Origin: an uncultured delta proteobacterium
Lineage (GTDB): Bacteria; Bdellovibrionota; FAC87; UBA2466
Length of the DNA: 64,000 nucleotides
Assembly (NCBI GenBank): GCA_963778115.1
Contig: CAVZSV010000004.1
Location: 1,472,001 to 1,536,000 of the forward strand
Reading direction: 5' to 3'
Under the pieces are notes generated by a model. The model did not search any database. It saw only the letters and a list, made by a program, of their open reading frames with translations, and had not been told where the DNA came from. Positions 1 to 9,766 of this stretch are shown one piece after another (the stretch's first letter is position 1; each line of letters opens with the position of its first letter). A program made the translations under genes and the position numbers.

Positions 1-1
1 T

Positions 2-115
2 GAGCGGGGAGCCTAAAGCTCCAATAACTCGACTTCTTTGGCGAAAAAACCGAACGACTTCGCGACGAATCAAAATCATTAAGGGGAGTAACGTGTAGGT
101 TCGAGAGTTAACCAT
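2..115 (-). CDS. ABC-2 type exporter permease, N-terminal part (runs off window)
   Basis: Manual translation from ATG at 115 gives MVNSRTYTLLPLMILIRREVVRFFRQRSRVIGALGSPL, a typical ABC-2 permease start; overlaps the ATPase stop. Confidence 0.8.
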   Translation of the reverse strand, partial: MVNSRTYTLLPLMILIRREVVRFFRQRSRVIGALGSPL

Positions 116-1049
116 TTCGCTCAACTCCTTCTGAAATGCGTCGTCCTGTCTTGCGCAGGAAAAGGTCTTCAAGAGTTGGCCTGCCCCACGTGAGAGATTC
201 CACGTCTTCCGGAAACTGCTTTAGTACCTGCGACAAAAATTCGGTACTTGCCCCTTTTTCCACTCGTAACTCGCCGTCAGAGAGTTGTGCTGAAGTCCCT
301 AACGCCGCACTTAATTTTTCTCTTAATTTTTCAGGAAACTTCGATCGAATCACTATCACGTCGCCGCCTAACTCTTTGCGAAGCTCCTCAGGAGCACCCA
401 TCGCCACGATGTTGCCCTGATCGATAAGCGCTATCCGATCGCAACGATCGGCCTCCTCCATCAAATGGGTGGTTACCACCACAGTGATCCCTTCCGAAGT
501 CTGCAGCTGCTTAAGATAATCCCATAACTCCCGACGCATGGCCGGATCCAATCCCGTAGTGGGCTCGTCTAAGATCAAAAGGCGTGGGGAATGTAGTAAG
601 GCTTTGGCTATCTCTACCCGTCTTTTGAGACCTCCAGAGAGTTTTTCAGCCATCTCCTGGCGACGATCCCACAAACCCATCCGCTTTAAGCCCAACTCCA
701 CTTTTTGACAGAGCGCACTTCCTCTTTGTCCATAGAGGTACCCTTGGGCGATCAGATTTTCCTCTACGGTTAGCTTCTTATCCAAAGCAGGAGATTGAAA
801 CACCACTCCTATGAGACCGCGGACTTTCGCCGGCTCTTTGGTGACATCCACGCCAAAAATCTGGACGTTTCCCCCAGAGGGGGCCATCAACGTCGAGAGA
901 ATTTTAAATAGCGTACTCTTTCCGCCCCCGTTAGGCCCCAATAGGCCAAACATCTCCTGTTCGCCCACTTGGAGAGTCAGATTATCCAACGCTTTTCGGT
1001 CGCCGTAAGAATGCGTTAATCCAGTGATGATAATCGCGGCATTTGCCAT
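108..1049 (-). CDS. ABC exporter ATP-binding protein (DrrA-like)
   Basis: Walker A GPNGGGKS, signature LSGG, Walker B LLILDEPT, C-terminal PTLEDLFL. Confidence 0.95.
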   Translation of the reverse strand: MANAAIIITGLTHSYGDRKALDNLTLQVGEQEMFGLLGPNGGGKSTLFKILSTLMAPSGGNVQIFGVDVTKEPAKVRGLIGVVFQSPALDKKLTVEENLIAQGYLYGQRGSALCQKVELGLKRMGLWDRRQEMAEKLSGGLKRRVEIAKALLHSPRLLILDEPTTGLDPAMRRELWDYLKQLQTSEGITVVVTTHLMEEADRCDRIALIDQGNIVAMGAPEELRKELGGDVIVIRSKFPEKLREKLSAALGTSAQLSDGELRVEKGASTEFLSQVLKQFPEDVESLTWGRPTLEDLFLRKTGRRISEGVERNG

Positions 1050-1052
1050 GAG

Positions 1053-1931
1053 CTACACCCGATCCCAAACCATAAGTATTCCCAAAACAGGAAGATAGAT
1101 GAGAGAAGCAAAAAATAAACGACGCGCCTGGACTTTCGTTCTCTGCACCGCCAGTAAAATGGCTTGAACCAAGAATCCGACTCCTAGAACGAGTGCTCCA
1201 AAGAAGTAAACTCGACCCGCCACCCCCCACGCTGTCGGAACCAAAGTTAAGGGTAATAAGACCAAGGTATAAATAATGACCTGTCTGGCCGTAACTGCGC
1301 CTTGTTCGTCAAGCACGGTCAGAATAGGGAAATTAGCGCGCGAATAGTCCTCACGATAGATCCAAGCAATGGCCAAGAAGTGCGGAATTTGCCAGAGAAA
1401 TAAAATTCCAAATAAGACCAACCCCTCAGGCCCTATCTGGCCTCGAGCCGCAGCCCACCCTAGCAGGGGTGGCATCGCTCCGGGAATGGCACCAATTAAA
1501 GTCGACATCGAACTTACCCGCTTTGCCGGTGTGTATATGCCTAGATAAAAAAGAAGGGTGAGTGCGCCCAAAACGGCAGTCACAGGATTCACCGCTACCA
1601 ATAAGATCGCTTCCCCCATCGCCGTAAGAATAACCCCGAACCACAGCGCTTTAGCGGGTTCAATGCGTCCGGCGGGCAGAGGCCGCTCCAACGTTCGCCA
1701 CATTTTCCCGTCGAGGTCTCGCTCGATGTATTGGTTCAACACTCCCGAAGCGCCTCCCACCAAGGAGATGCCTAACAAGGACCAGAATAGAAGACCTCGA
1801 TCGATACTTCCTGGAGAAGCGAGGAAGAATCCGAGCGTAGTCATAACCAAGGCTAGTAGGCAAATTCTAGGCTTAGTCATTTCGAAATAATCCCGAACGA
1901 GTTCGCGCCGGCTTTGAAAGTCGATACTCAT
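1053..1931 (-). CDS. ctaB: Protoheme IX farnesyltransferase (heme O synthase)
   Basis: MTKPR, LNQYIERDLDGKMWRTLERPLP, WQIPHF motifs; start moved to ATG 1931, which overlaps the ctaA stop (ATGA). Confidence 0.95.
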   Translation of the reverse strand: MSIDFQSRRELVRDYFEMTKPRICLLALVMTTLGFFLASPGSIDRGLLFWSLLGISLVGGASGVLNQYIERDLDGKMWRTLERPLPAGRIEPAKALWFGVILTAMGEAILLVAVNPVTAVLGALTLLFYLGIYTPAKRVSSMSTLIGAIPGAMPPLLGWAAARGQIGPEGLVLFGILFLWQIPHFLAIAWIYREDYSRANFPILTVLDEQGAVTARQVIIYTLVLLPLTLVPTAWGVAGRVYFFGALVLGVGFLVQAILLAVQRTKVQARRLFFASLIYLPVLGILMVWDRV

Positions 1932-2899
1932 GCGGGCTCCCAGTTCGGTGTCAAAGCGGAAAGAGGGTCTCTCGCAAAAGGCCCTGTCTGAGCACCGGCA
2001 CGTAACAAGTAACGCAGCCGAAAGGTCTTCACCGTGAGTAGCACCGAGGTTCCAAAGCATAGGGCGCCCACCGCAAGATGAGTCATGGTCACCAAAACGG
2101 GGCGCTTGGTCCAGATGATGACCGCTCCCAACATGATCTGAATGGATACCAAACCTATTAAAGCGCCAGCCACCCCCACCAAATCCCAATGCGCGGAGTA
2201 TCGAGTCAGAATATATCCCGCAATCACTGCCGAGAATAGGGCCAGACTAAAAGCTCCCATGCGATGGATAAAATGGATAAGAATTCCTTTAGACCAGAAT
2301 GGAGGGACAAATCCTCCAAAAGCCGTTGGAAAATCGGGAATGGCTAATCCCGCTCCCGAGTGGCGCATTATCGCTCCGGCAAGCAGTTGACCAAAGAACA
2401 GAAACGAAAGAGCCAGACATACAAACGGAAGAATAAACTTAGGCTGAGATAGCCTAACGGGCGGCTCGAACCACGTCTTTGAAGTGACCTGGGTCAGAGT
2501 CACCATAGTGCAGAAATAGATCTGCGCCAAGCACGCATGCCCCACAGAAACTTCCGTAGGGAGTCTGAGTAAAACGGTGATTCCCCCTAATGCTGCCTGA
2601 CTAAAAACCAGGACAACCGCAAGAAAACTCAAATTTCTTACCCACGATCGCAATTCAAACTGCCAGTAGAACACGGCTTGAAGCACAGTGAGTATCGCAA
2701 CACTCCCGGCGATCAAACGATGGCCATGCTCAAATAAAATTCCTCCCACCATCGGAGGAAAGAACTGACCATAGGATAGTGGCCAATCGGGGACAGCCAA
2801 ACCGGAACCGGTGCTTGTAACAAGAGCTCCGGCACAAAGAAGCACGACGGTCCAAACGGCTAAGCCGCAGGAATATCGATGCAACCACCCGGGTGTCAT
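1928..2899 (-). CDS. ctaA: Heme A synthase (COX15/CtaA family)
   Basis: SGLAVPDWP, FEHGHRL, HFIHR and further His ligands; duplicated four-TM halves. Confidence 0.92.
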   Translation of the reverse strand: MTPGWLHRYSCGLAVWTVVLLCAGALVTSTGSGLAVPDWPLSYGQFFPPMVGGILFEHGHRLIAGSVAILTVLQAVFYWQFELRSWVRNLSFLAVVLVFSQAALGGITVLLRLPTEVSVGHACLAQIYFCTMVTLTQVTSKTWFEPPVRLSQPKFILPFVCLALSFLFFGQLLAGAIMRHSGAGLAIPDFPTAFGGFVPPFWSKGILIHFIHRMGAFSLALFSAVIAGYILTRYSAHWDLVGVAGALIGLVSIQIMLGAVIIWTKRPVLVTMTHLAVGALCFGTSVLLTVKTFRLRYLLRAGAQTGPFARDPLSALTPNWEPA

Positions 2900-3291
2900 G
2901 TCCCCTCTCGAGTCGCTTTTATGGGCTTAGCTTTCGTGGGAGCTTCGACTTGAGGAACCTGCAAAACGCGTTTTACCGGAACTTCGTTTTTGGAGAGTGC
3001 TTTTTGCTCTGAAGTCTTCCATTGGACACAGGCTAACAAAATCAGAAAGAAGGCAGGCGCAATCGCCCAGCCGATCGGAGCTTTGGGATCCAACTCTCTA
3101 GAGATCTTTCGTGCGGGGCGCGGTGTCGATCGTCTGCGAGAAAGGTACTTGAAAAATTGCTGGGCCTCGGCCGCCAAGAAAACAACGGCCGAGACCAGCA
3201 AAAAGAAACTAAAGATAGACCCCTCCGGAAGCGGCCTCGCTACGGCATTCAATAGCTGGCTGAAAAATTCCGAAAATAAATCCATCTTCAT
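2896..3291 (-). CDS. Small two-TM membrane protein resembling the membrane part of cytochrome c oxidase subunit II
   Basis: Two hydrophobic segments; IGWAIAPAFFLILLA resembles the COX2 EIxWTxIPxxILxxLA motif; stop overlaps the ctaA start. Confidence 0.55.
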   Translation of the reverse strand: MKMDLFSEFFSQLLNAVARPLPEGSIFSFFLLVSAVVFLAAEAQQFFKYLSRRRSTPRPARKISRELDPKAPIGWAIAPAFFLILLACVQWKTSEQKALSKNEVPVKRVLQVPQVEAPTKAKPIKATREGT

Positions 3292-3348
3292 TAACCCTTA
3301 TTCATTACTTTCGACGCCATTAAGCGGCAAAAGTTAATTGAGGGCCGA

Positions 3349-4050
3349 TTAAAAAGTGAAATCCACCTTCTCGGCGGCTCCCTCTTTCACAGTCACCTTG
3401 GCCGTCTTGTCGCCAAGTTTGTGATGAGTCGCTTCGATAGTGTATTCGCCCGGGGGCAGATCCTTAATCGTGAACTCACCTTTGGTATCGGTCACCGCGA
3501 AGTAGGGATTCTCGACGACATTGCCATAAGCGCTCATCCAGCCGTGAACGTCACATTTAATGTGGAGGTTCTTTTCGGGCTTGGCGAACTTCTTCTCGAT
3601 GGACTGCCCTTTGGTCGCCATTCCCATATTAAAGCCCGCATTGGCTTTAGGCATGGCATGGACGTTATGAAGCGTTGAATCGCTATTTACAATCTTGAAA
3701 GGCTGTCCGGCCCGAATTCCGAACACCAGCGGATGATAGACACAATTTTCTTGGTCGAACTCTACCGGTGTCGTGGGTGCCGGAGGCGGGGTTCCTTTAA
3801 AATCCGTGATGTAAACGAAAACCCCGGCTACGGTCTTATTGGGATTGATCTCAACATCCTCGTTGTAAACTTTCTTCCCCTTATTTGCCTTCATGCAATA
3901 CGGATCGGCATTCATCTTGATCAGTTCCGCTTTGGGAGCTTTACCGGTGAAATTAACTTTACCCGTAACACTTCCCGCGGAAAAACCGGTTACCGCATAA
4001 GTCCCTAGGGCAACCACAAATGCAAGTTTGCTGGATATCATACTTTTCAT
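3349..4050 (-). CDS. Exported cupredoxin-like / carboxypeptidase-regulatory-like domain protein
   Basis: Signal peptide, HNVH and KCDVHGWM (type-1 copper-like H..C..H..M), C-terminal FTIKDLPPGEYTIEATH; AGGAG upstream of ATG 4050. Confidence 0.8.
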   Translation of the reverse strand: MKSMISSKLAFVVALGTYAVTGFSAGSVTGKVNFTGKAPKAELIKMNADPYCMKANKGKKVYNEDVEINPNKTVAGVFVYITDFKGTPPPAPTTPVEFDQENCVYHPLVFGIRAGQPFKIVNSDSTLHNVHAMPKANAGFNMGMATKGQSIEKKFAKPEKNLHIKCDVHGWMSAYGNVVENPYFAVTDTKGEFTIKDLPPGEYTIEATHHKLGDKTAKVTVKEGAAEKVDFTF

Positions 4051-4291
4051 GGCTCTTGTTTCTCCTGGATTCATATCCGCCAATGGGTGATTATTCTGGG
4101 GCTCGATATTTTAAAGCTCCGACGTCGACCCCCTCCTACGCTCAGCGTAGCCCTTTTTAAAGGCTACTAGCATAGTTTTTTTTCAAATTTCATGAGGAAT
4201 ATAGGGCCGCTACCGCCCTTCACGCAACAAGTCTTTTCGCCGACAAACGACCCTCATCACTAATTGCCGCTTAGCGTCTAAGATTTTCCAA

Positions 4292-4852
4292 CTAGGGATG
4301 AGCCGAGGGGGCAGAGCTTTCTTTCGAGGGTTTTACTTGAAAGGTCTTTTCAAACTCTTCCGGAGAAAGGCCTCCCTCTTCCCAGAGGCTCCCCATCAAA
4401 GTGTCACCAGAGTGCAACCAGGTACTTTGCTCTTCCAAAATATCGGCCGCCCCTTGAAGCAAAGGATAGTAACGAACGAACTGAACTTCCGGCGCCCCTC
4501 CCAGAAGGGGGCCCCAGGGAAAGAGGCCTGGAAAGCTCAGGGAAAGGGTCAAAATGAGAAGAAGGGGAACCGACGCCAGTAACGCCACTCGCGACATTTG
4601 CCGCCGCGAGATCCTACGAACTCCACGGGCCTGGGAAGCCTCTGTCACGCGCAACGCCAACTCATTGGAGAGTTTCTGCGGTGGAAGCTTATGCAAAACA
4701 GCGAGAGTGGCTTTAAGTTCCCGGTGGACCTGTTCACAAACACCGCAATCATGAAGATGGTTTTTTAGTTGCTCATGACGTGTGGACGGAAGAATTCCTT
4801 CCACATAATCGGAAAGAAGGTTCTGGCAAAAAAAACAGGAACTCGTGTTCAC
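4292..4852 (-). CDS. Membrane-anchored zinc-finger (zf-HC2/ZAS) anti-sigma factor
   Basis: C..LLSDYVEG.L ...HLHDCGVC (HxxxCxxC) followed by one TM helix; coupled to the upstream sigma. Confidence 0.85.
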   Translation of the reverse strand: MNTSSCFFCQNLLSDYVEGILPSTRHEQLKNHLHDCGVCEQVHRELKATLAVLHKLPPQKLSNELALRVTEASQARGVRRISRRQMSRVALLASVPLLLILTLSLSFPGLFPWGPLLGGAPEVQFVRYYPLLQGAADILEEQSTWLHSGDTLMGSLWEEGGLSPEEFEKTFQVKPSKESSAPSAHP

Positions 4853-5451
4853 CAGGTGGTCTCCCTAAAAGGAGAGGTCGTCTTGGCTTCCGCGGAAGAA
4901 GCACTCCCTCGCAAAGCATCACGAAATTCCAAACGCCCCCGATGTAGACGATGGCGATAAACGCCCCAACGAAGACTTAAGACTCTGACCACCTCTTCGT
5001 CTTCGAAGCGCAAAATATCTTTGAGGACCACCGGTGCGCGAAGCTCAATATCGACTCGGCGCAACCGCTCGAGAACCAAAGCATCAAAGGCCGTGGGGTC
5101 CAATGTGAGATCCTTCACTAGCAAGTTTTCATCCCAGCGCTTTAAGACTCGAGTATCGCGTCCCAGGTTCCATTGAAAGGTCAACGTCGCGGTTTCGTCT
5201 CGAATTTTTTCCCAAGCAAGACGATATAAGCGGATTCGCATTTCAAGCGCTTCCCAACCCGAATCCCTTTTTCCAGAATGCTTGCGATACGTATCCCCGA
5301 AGCGGCGGAAGACATCCAAAAGGACATCCTCGACCGTATGCTCTTCCTGCAGAAGGTAATGGCAAAAGGTATGTAAAGGAAGGGCATTCTCCTTCACAAA
5401 CTCACGCAATTCTGGAAGCTGGCTATCGTGATTTCGAACCGTGGTCGTCAT
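4849..5451 (-). CDS. Divergent ECF-type sigma factor
   Basis: Region 2-like LHTFCHYLL..EDVLLDVF and region 4-like RAPVVLKDI..EEVVRVL..RHRLHRGR; adjacent to a ZAS anti-sigma. Confidence 0.7.
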   Translation of the reverse strand: MTTTVRNHDSQLPELREFVKENALPLHTFCHYLLQEEHTVEDVLLDVFRRFGDTYRKHSGKRDSGWEALEMRIRLYRLAWEKIRDETATLTFQWNLGRDTRVLKRWDENLLVKDLTLDPTAFDALVLERLRRVDIELRAPVVLKDILRFEDEEVVRVLSLRWGVYRHRLHRGRLEFRDALRGSASSAEAKTTSPFRETTW

Positions 5452-6542
5452 TGGTTGGCTAACCTACCACATTCCAAAACCGAGCGTACGCGTTCGAACG
5501 ATGGCTTAAGAATAATCCCTTTTTCGCAAACGATAGCGTCAATCAAAGCCGCGGGAGTGACATCAAATGACGGGTTGCGGACGGGGACATCAAAGAGAGG
5601 ACGGTTTGCCCCCAGGACACCTAGGGTTTCTTCAGCCGCCCGCTCCTCGATGGGAATTTCGGCGCCTGAAGCAAGCGACATATCGAAAGTGCTGGTGGGG
5701 GCGATTACCCAAAAAGGGACCTGATGGTGCTTGGCTAAAATCGCAAGGCCATAGGTACCGACCTTATTAGCGGTGTCACCGTTGGAGGCGATTCTATCCG
5801 CCCCGACCAAAACTGCCCCAACCTTTCCTTCCCTGAGGACAAGACCCGCCATATTATCGCAAATCGCGGTAAACGGGATCTCGTTGCGGTGCAACTCCCA
5901 GACGGTCAAACGAAGCCCTTGCAGGACGGGCCGAGTTTCGCACGTGTAAACGTGTTCGAGGCTTCCCCGACGATAGGCCTCGTGAATGACTCCGAACGCG
6001 GTTCCCACTCCTCCGGTCGCCAAGTCACCGGTATTGCAATAGGTCATGGCCTGTGTTCGTCCTTGAAATAGCGAAGCCCCAAAATCGGCCATTCTCAGAT
6101 TCGACTCGATGTCTTCTCTATGGATTTGCGAAGCTAACTCAAACAGCCTTTCGACTACCGCAGGGGTCATCGAATCCGAGCGCAAATCTCCGGCAGCCGT
6201 ACGCATTTTATCGACGGCCCAACGTAAGTTCACCGCGGTCGGTCGGGCGGCGGCTATCTCACGCAAAGCCTGATTGAAAAAAAGTCCTCTTTGATCGGGC
6301 AAAAGGCTAAGAGCTTGGCGACTTGCCAAGACCACCGCGTAAGCACCCGAGACTCCAATAGCCGGAGCGCCTCTCACCGCGAGATCGCGAATGGCGCGCA
6401 CCACCGCCGCGTATTCGCTTAGCGGAAGATATCTCTCTTCCGAGGGCAAGCGGGTCTGATCCAATAACACACAACGTCCGTCGCGCCACGATCCCTCCCA
6501 ACGCACCGCGTGGGTTTTCGGTTGAATTCTTGAGAAAATCAT
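5448..6542 (-). CDS. mtnA: S-methyl-5-thioribose-1-phosphate isomerase
   Basis: LLDQTRLP, VRGAPAIG, RPTAVNL, TYCNTG, ETRPVLQG, GADRIASNGDTANKVGTY. Confidence 0.97.
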   Translation of the reverse strand: MIFSRIQPKTHAVRWEGSWRDGRCVLLDQTRLPSEERYLPLSEYAAVVRAIRDLAVRGAPAIGVSGAYAVVLASRQALSLLPDQRGLFFNQALREIAAARPTAVNLRWAVDKMRTAAGDLRSDSMTPAVVERLFELASQIHREDIESNLRMADFGASLFQGRTQAMTYCNTGDLATGGVGTAFGVIHEAYRRGSLEHVYTCETRPVLQGLRLTVWELHRNEIPFTAICDNMAGLVLREGKVGAVLVGADRIASNGDTANKVGTYGLAILAKHHQVPFWVIAPTSTFDMSLASGAEIPIEERAAEETLGVLGANRPLFDVPVRNPSFDVTPAALIDAIVCEKGIILKPSFERVRSVLECGRLANQ

Positions 6543-6633
6543 GTCGGGGTAAGAATCTCTTAAGTTGCGTTTTTTGACAAGCTACAGAACCACTTCTAAG
6601 ATCAGCGGTTTGCAAGATTAGGTAAGGTCCTGC

Positions 6634-7647
6634 TTGTTAATTCACGTACATCTGGTCCTGATTCCCCTCTTACTGGCGCTTTCCGCCATCTTCGCCGCGT
6701 CGGAAGCTTCGCTATTCTCTTTGAGTCGATCTCAACTGGAAACGCTCAAAGAGTCTCGTCCGAACCTGTACCACTCCATCCGAAATCTCATCTACCATCC
6801 CGATGCGATGCTCTCGACGATTATCATTGGTAACGAGTGCCTCAACATCACCATCGCCACGATTATCACTAGCCTTCTGGAATTTCAGCTTGGCGTGCAT
6901 GACGATCGGCTTCTCATTCTCTTTTCGGTCTTGCTCTCCTCGGCACTCTTACTCACCTTTTCCGAGATTTTGCCCAAGGTCATCGCTTTTCGAATGCCTA
7001 TTCTCGTCGCCTCTATCGTGGTTCATCCCATGACGTGGATGCACTGGGTGCTTACTCCTCTGCGCCGCATTTTTCTTTTCATCAGCTCCTCTCTTATTCG
7101 CGCCATCGGTTTGCGCGTGGCTCCCCCTTCCGCCATTAATGAACAGGATTTTCTAACCCTGGTAGAGGTGGGTGCGGAAAGTGGAAGTCTAGATCGCGAC
7201 GAAAAGGAGATGATCTTTAACGTGTTTCATTTCAGCGATCTCACCGTTTCGTCGATTATGACTCCATGGAAAGATGTCTTCTGTCTTCCTGAGAAACTTT
7301 CTGTCGGTGAAACACTCGTTAGAATCAAAAAGAAGGCCTATTCTCGCATCCCCATCGTCTCGGAAGACGGCCATCGTGTCATAGGCATTCTCTACACCAA
7401 GGCCCTTCTTAGACTCCTATTGTCACCCCATCCCGCTGAAGAGATCGACGCCATCAAACAGGCTCTCTTTCCGCCGTATATCGTTTCCACGCACAAAAAG
7501 ATCGCCAAGCTTTTTCGAGAGTTTAAACTGAAAAAGGTCCACATGGCCTTAGTCGTGGATGAATTCGGAAAACACTTGGGGGTGGTCACTCTTGAAGACG
7601 TCCTGAACGCGTTGTTTCAGACACAGAAGAAACGGGGGGAGACATGA
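6634..7647 (+). CDS. CNNM (DUF21) + CBS domain hemolysin-family protein
   Basis: FAASEASLFSL, FSEILPK, YSRIPI, VDEFGKHLGVVTLEDV; no C-terminal CorC domain. Confidence 0.9.
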   Translation: MLIHVHLVLIPLLLALSAIFAASEASLFSLSRSQLETLKESRPNLYHSIRNLIYHPDAMLSTIIIGNECLNITIATIITSLLEFQLGVHDDRLLILFSVLLSSALLLTFSEILPKVIAFRMPILVASIVVHPMTWMHWVLTPLRRIFLFISSSLIRAIGLRVAPPSAINEQDFLTLVEVGAESGSLDRDEKEMIFNVFHFSDLTVSSIMTPWKDVFCLPEKLSVGETLVRIKKKAYSRIPIVSEDGHRVIGILYTKALLRLLLSPHPAEEIDAIKQALFPPYIVSTHKKIAKLFREFKLKKVHMALVVDEFGKHLGVVTLEDVLNALFQTQKKRGET

Positions 7648-8900
7648 TGATCTCTATCGTTATTCTTCTCTCTCTGCTTCCTTTCTTTTTCGCTATGGAA
7701 GCTTTTTTCTCGGGTGCGGAAGTCGCATTCCTTTCCACCAATCGCCCCAGACTTTATCGAAAGGCCAAAGAGAAAAATCCAAAAGCGGTGCTCGCCAAGA
7801 ACTTACTCTCTCAACCTGAATTGCTGTTCTCGACGACCGTCGTGGGTACCACGATTGCGATGAATTGTTCCACCACACTGGCCACCTTGTTCATTATCCG
7901 TCGTTTCGGATACAACCACGAATGGTGGAACTTGGTCTTTCTCACTCCTCTGATTTTGGTCTTCGCTGAATTTATCCCAAAAATGGTAGGCCGGGTTCAT
8001 GCCGACACTCTGGTACTAAGAATGGGCGGGCCCCTTAAAGTAATGAGTTTAGTCCTAAGTCCGCTGACAAAACTGTTTAGTCTCTATGCCCAATTGCTAA
8101 AGCACTTATTGGGAGAGAGTCCGGAGAAGGGCTTCTTCTTGTCCCGCGAGGAGATCAAGGCGGCGCTTCCGGCCAGTCGCGGCGGTGATGTCACCCCGGC
8201 TGAGAGAATTCTCATTGAACGCATTCTTGAATTCGGAAAAATCACCGCCAAAGAAATGTTGCGCCCCCTTATCGATGTAGTCGCTATCGAACAGGATCAG
8301 ACGCTCCGCGACGCAGTCCAGCTCTTTACGGAATCCGGCCATTCTAGGATTCCGGTCTATCAAGAGAGGATCGATAGAATTGTCGGAGTTTTACAAGCTT
8401 TCCATTGTCTGCAAGCGAGCGACCTTACCGCACCCGTCAGTACTTTGATGCAGCCGGCCTTTTTTATTCCCGAAAGTAAACCGTTGGATGAATTGCTCAT
8501 GGAACTCAAAACTCGTCCCATGGCGATTCCGGTAAACGAATATGGGGGCGCTGAAGGCATCATCACCATGGAAGACGTGATGGAAGAGATCGTGGGTGAG
8601 ATCGAAGACGAATACGACGAGCCGCCTAAGATGTACTATCGCATTGGGGAAAACTCTTACATCGTAAATGCTCGAATGGAAGTCGATGCGCTGCGAGAAA
8701 TGCTCAAGATTCAGATCCCTTACGATGATGATTATCAAACGCTTGCGGGATTCTTGCTAAAACGAATGCAAAAGATCCCAAAGAAATGGGATTCCACTAT
8801 TATCGATAACGTGGAATACGTCGTGCAGTCGGCAACCGATCGCTCGATTGAAGAGGTGTACGTGATCGTACACGATCCTCAAACGCCGTCGTCGTTTTAG
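7644..8900 (+). CDS. CNNM + CBS + CorC_HlyC domain protein (Mg/Co transport-related)
   Basis: FFSGAEVAF, FAEFIPK, GHSRIPVY, TMEDVMEEIVGEIEDEYD, YQTLAGF. Confidence 0.92.
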   Translation: MMISIVILLSLLPFFFAMEAFFSGAEVAFLSTNRPRLYRKAKEKNPKAVLAKNLLSQPELLFSTTVVGTTIAMNCSTTLATLFIIRRFGYNHEWWNLVFLTPLILVFAEFIPKMVGRVHADTLVLRMGGPLKVMSLVLSPLTKLFSLYAQLLKHLLGESPEKGFFLSREEIKAALPASRGGDVTPAERILIERILEFGKITAKEMLRPLIDVVAIEQDQTLRDAVQLFTESGHSRIPVYQERIDRIVGVLQAFHCLQASDLTAPVSTLMQPAFFIPESKPLDELLMELKTRPMAIPVNEYGGAEGIITMEDVMEEIVGEIEDEYDEPPKMYYRIGENSYIVNARMEVDALREMLKIQIPYDDDYQTLAGFLLKRMQKIPKKWDSTIIDNVEYVVQSATDRSIEEVYVIVHDPQTPSSF

Positions 8901-9013
8901 TCAGCGATGATAAGCTTTAGCTAAGGACCAGTTAGGTTCACAATTTAGCCAATAGCCCGCCCTCGGCGAAAGCCGCGGGAAACGATACCGATCAAGTCGA
9001 CCGCTTGAGCCGT

Positions 9014-9475
9014 CTACCAATCGAAATTCAGCTCTTCGTCATACTCTTCGAAGCGATCAAGATTGAAACCCTTGTCGTCTCCCCCTGTTTTCAGGCGGAT
9101 TCCGGTGTCGTACTCGATTCCCTCGTAGTCCGACTCCACGGCATACGTTTCTTCTTCTTGATTTCCGGGTGTGTAATCGGAAGCGGCCGCCTTAGGACGA
9201 CGACCCCGACGCCCCGCGGGACGGGCACCGAAGGCACTTCCCTTGCCTGCGGCTGCTTGTCCGTTGCGACGACGTTCTATCGTCTCCAGAAGCTTCTGAG
9301 ACACCTTCTTCTCAGCCCCTTGCGGCGCTACTTCTTTCGCGGCTGCTTTTACGGTCGGCTTTACGGGCGCTGTTGGCTCGGACTCCACCAACTTGATGCC
9401 CTTGGCCTCCGTCTTTACAACCTTGACTTTAGTCTTTGATTTCAATGCGTTACTAGATTTGCTCATCTTGGCCAT
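9014..9475 (-). CDS. Hypothetical protein, basic N-half with AT-hook-like GRRGRRPK and acidic C-terminus
   Basis: GGGGGA RBS before ATG 9475; strongly biased composition typical of a real protein. Confidence 0.75.
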   Translation of the reverse strand: MAKMSKSSNALKSKTKVKVVKTEAKGIKLVESEPTAPVKPTVKAAAKEVAPQGAEKKVSQKLLETIERRRNGQAAAGKGSAFGARPAGRRGRRPKAAASDYTPGNQEEETYAVESDYEGIEYDTGIRLKTGGDDKGFNLDRFEEYDEELNFDW

Positions 9476-9766
9476 AAGTCCCCCCCAATGACCATCGACA
9501 GACATAAGTTAAGCGTTTTTTTGACTATGAATTAAATAAGTAAGACTGCTCTTAAAGGTATATTTTATGGATAAACTCTTTTTGGATCGTTTGCAATATT
9601 AAACTAGTCGAATTAAAGGAAATTACTTGGAGTGAGTTCTGTCATGTGTTATTCGGTGCAGAACTATTTTTAGACGATTCGATTGTTTCTCTTTTGTCAG
9701 TGCTTTCTTCGTCAGTTGACGAGTGAAAGATAAGGGGAGAGCAAAGAATCTACAAAGGAGGATGCA

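Noticed and set aside
1932..2189. Long N-terminal extensions in the ORF track (ctaB here; also 12533, 26836, 38174, 39955)
   Set aside because: They overlap neighbouring genes or promoters; downstream starts fit RBS, signal peptides or coupling better
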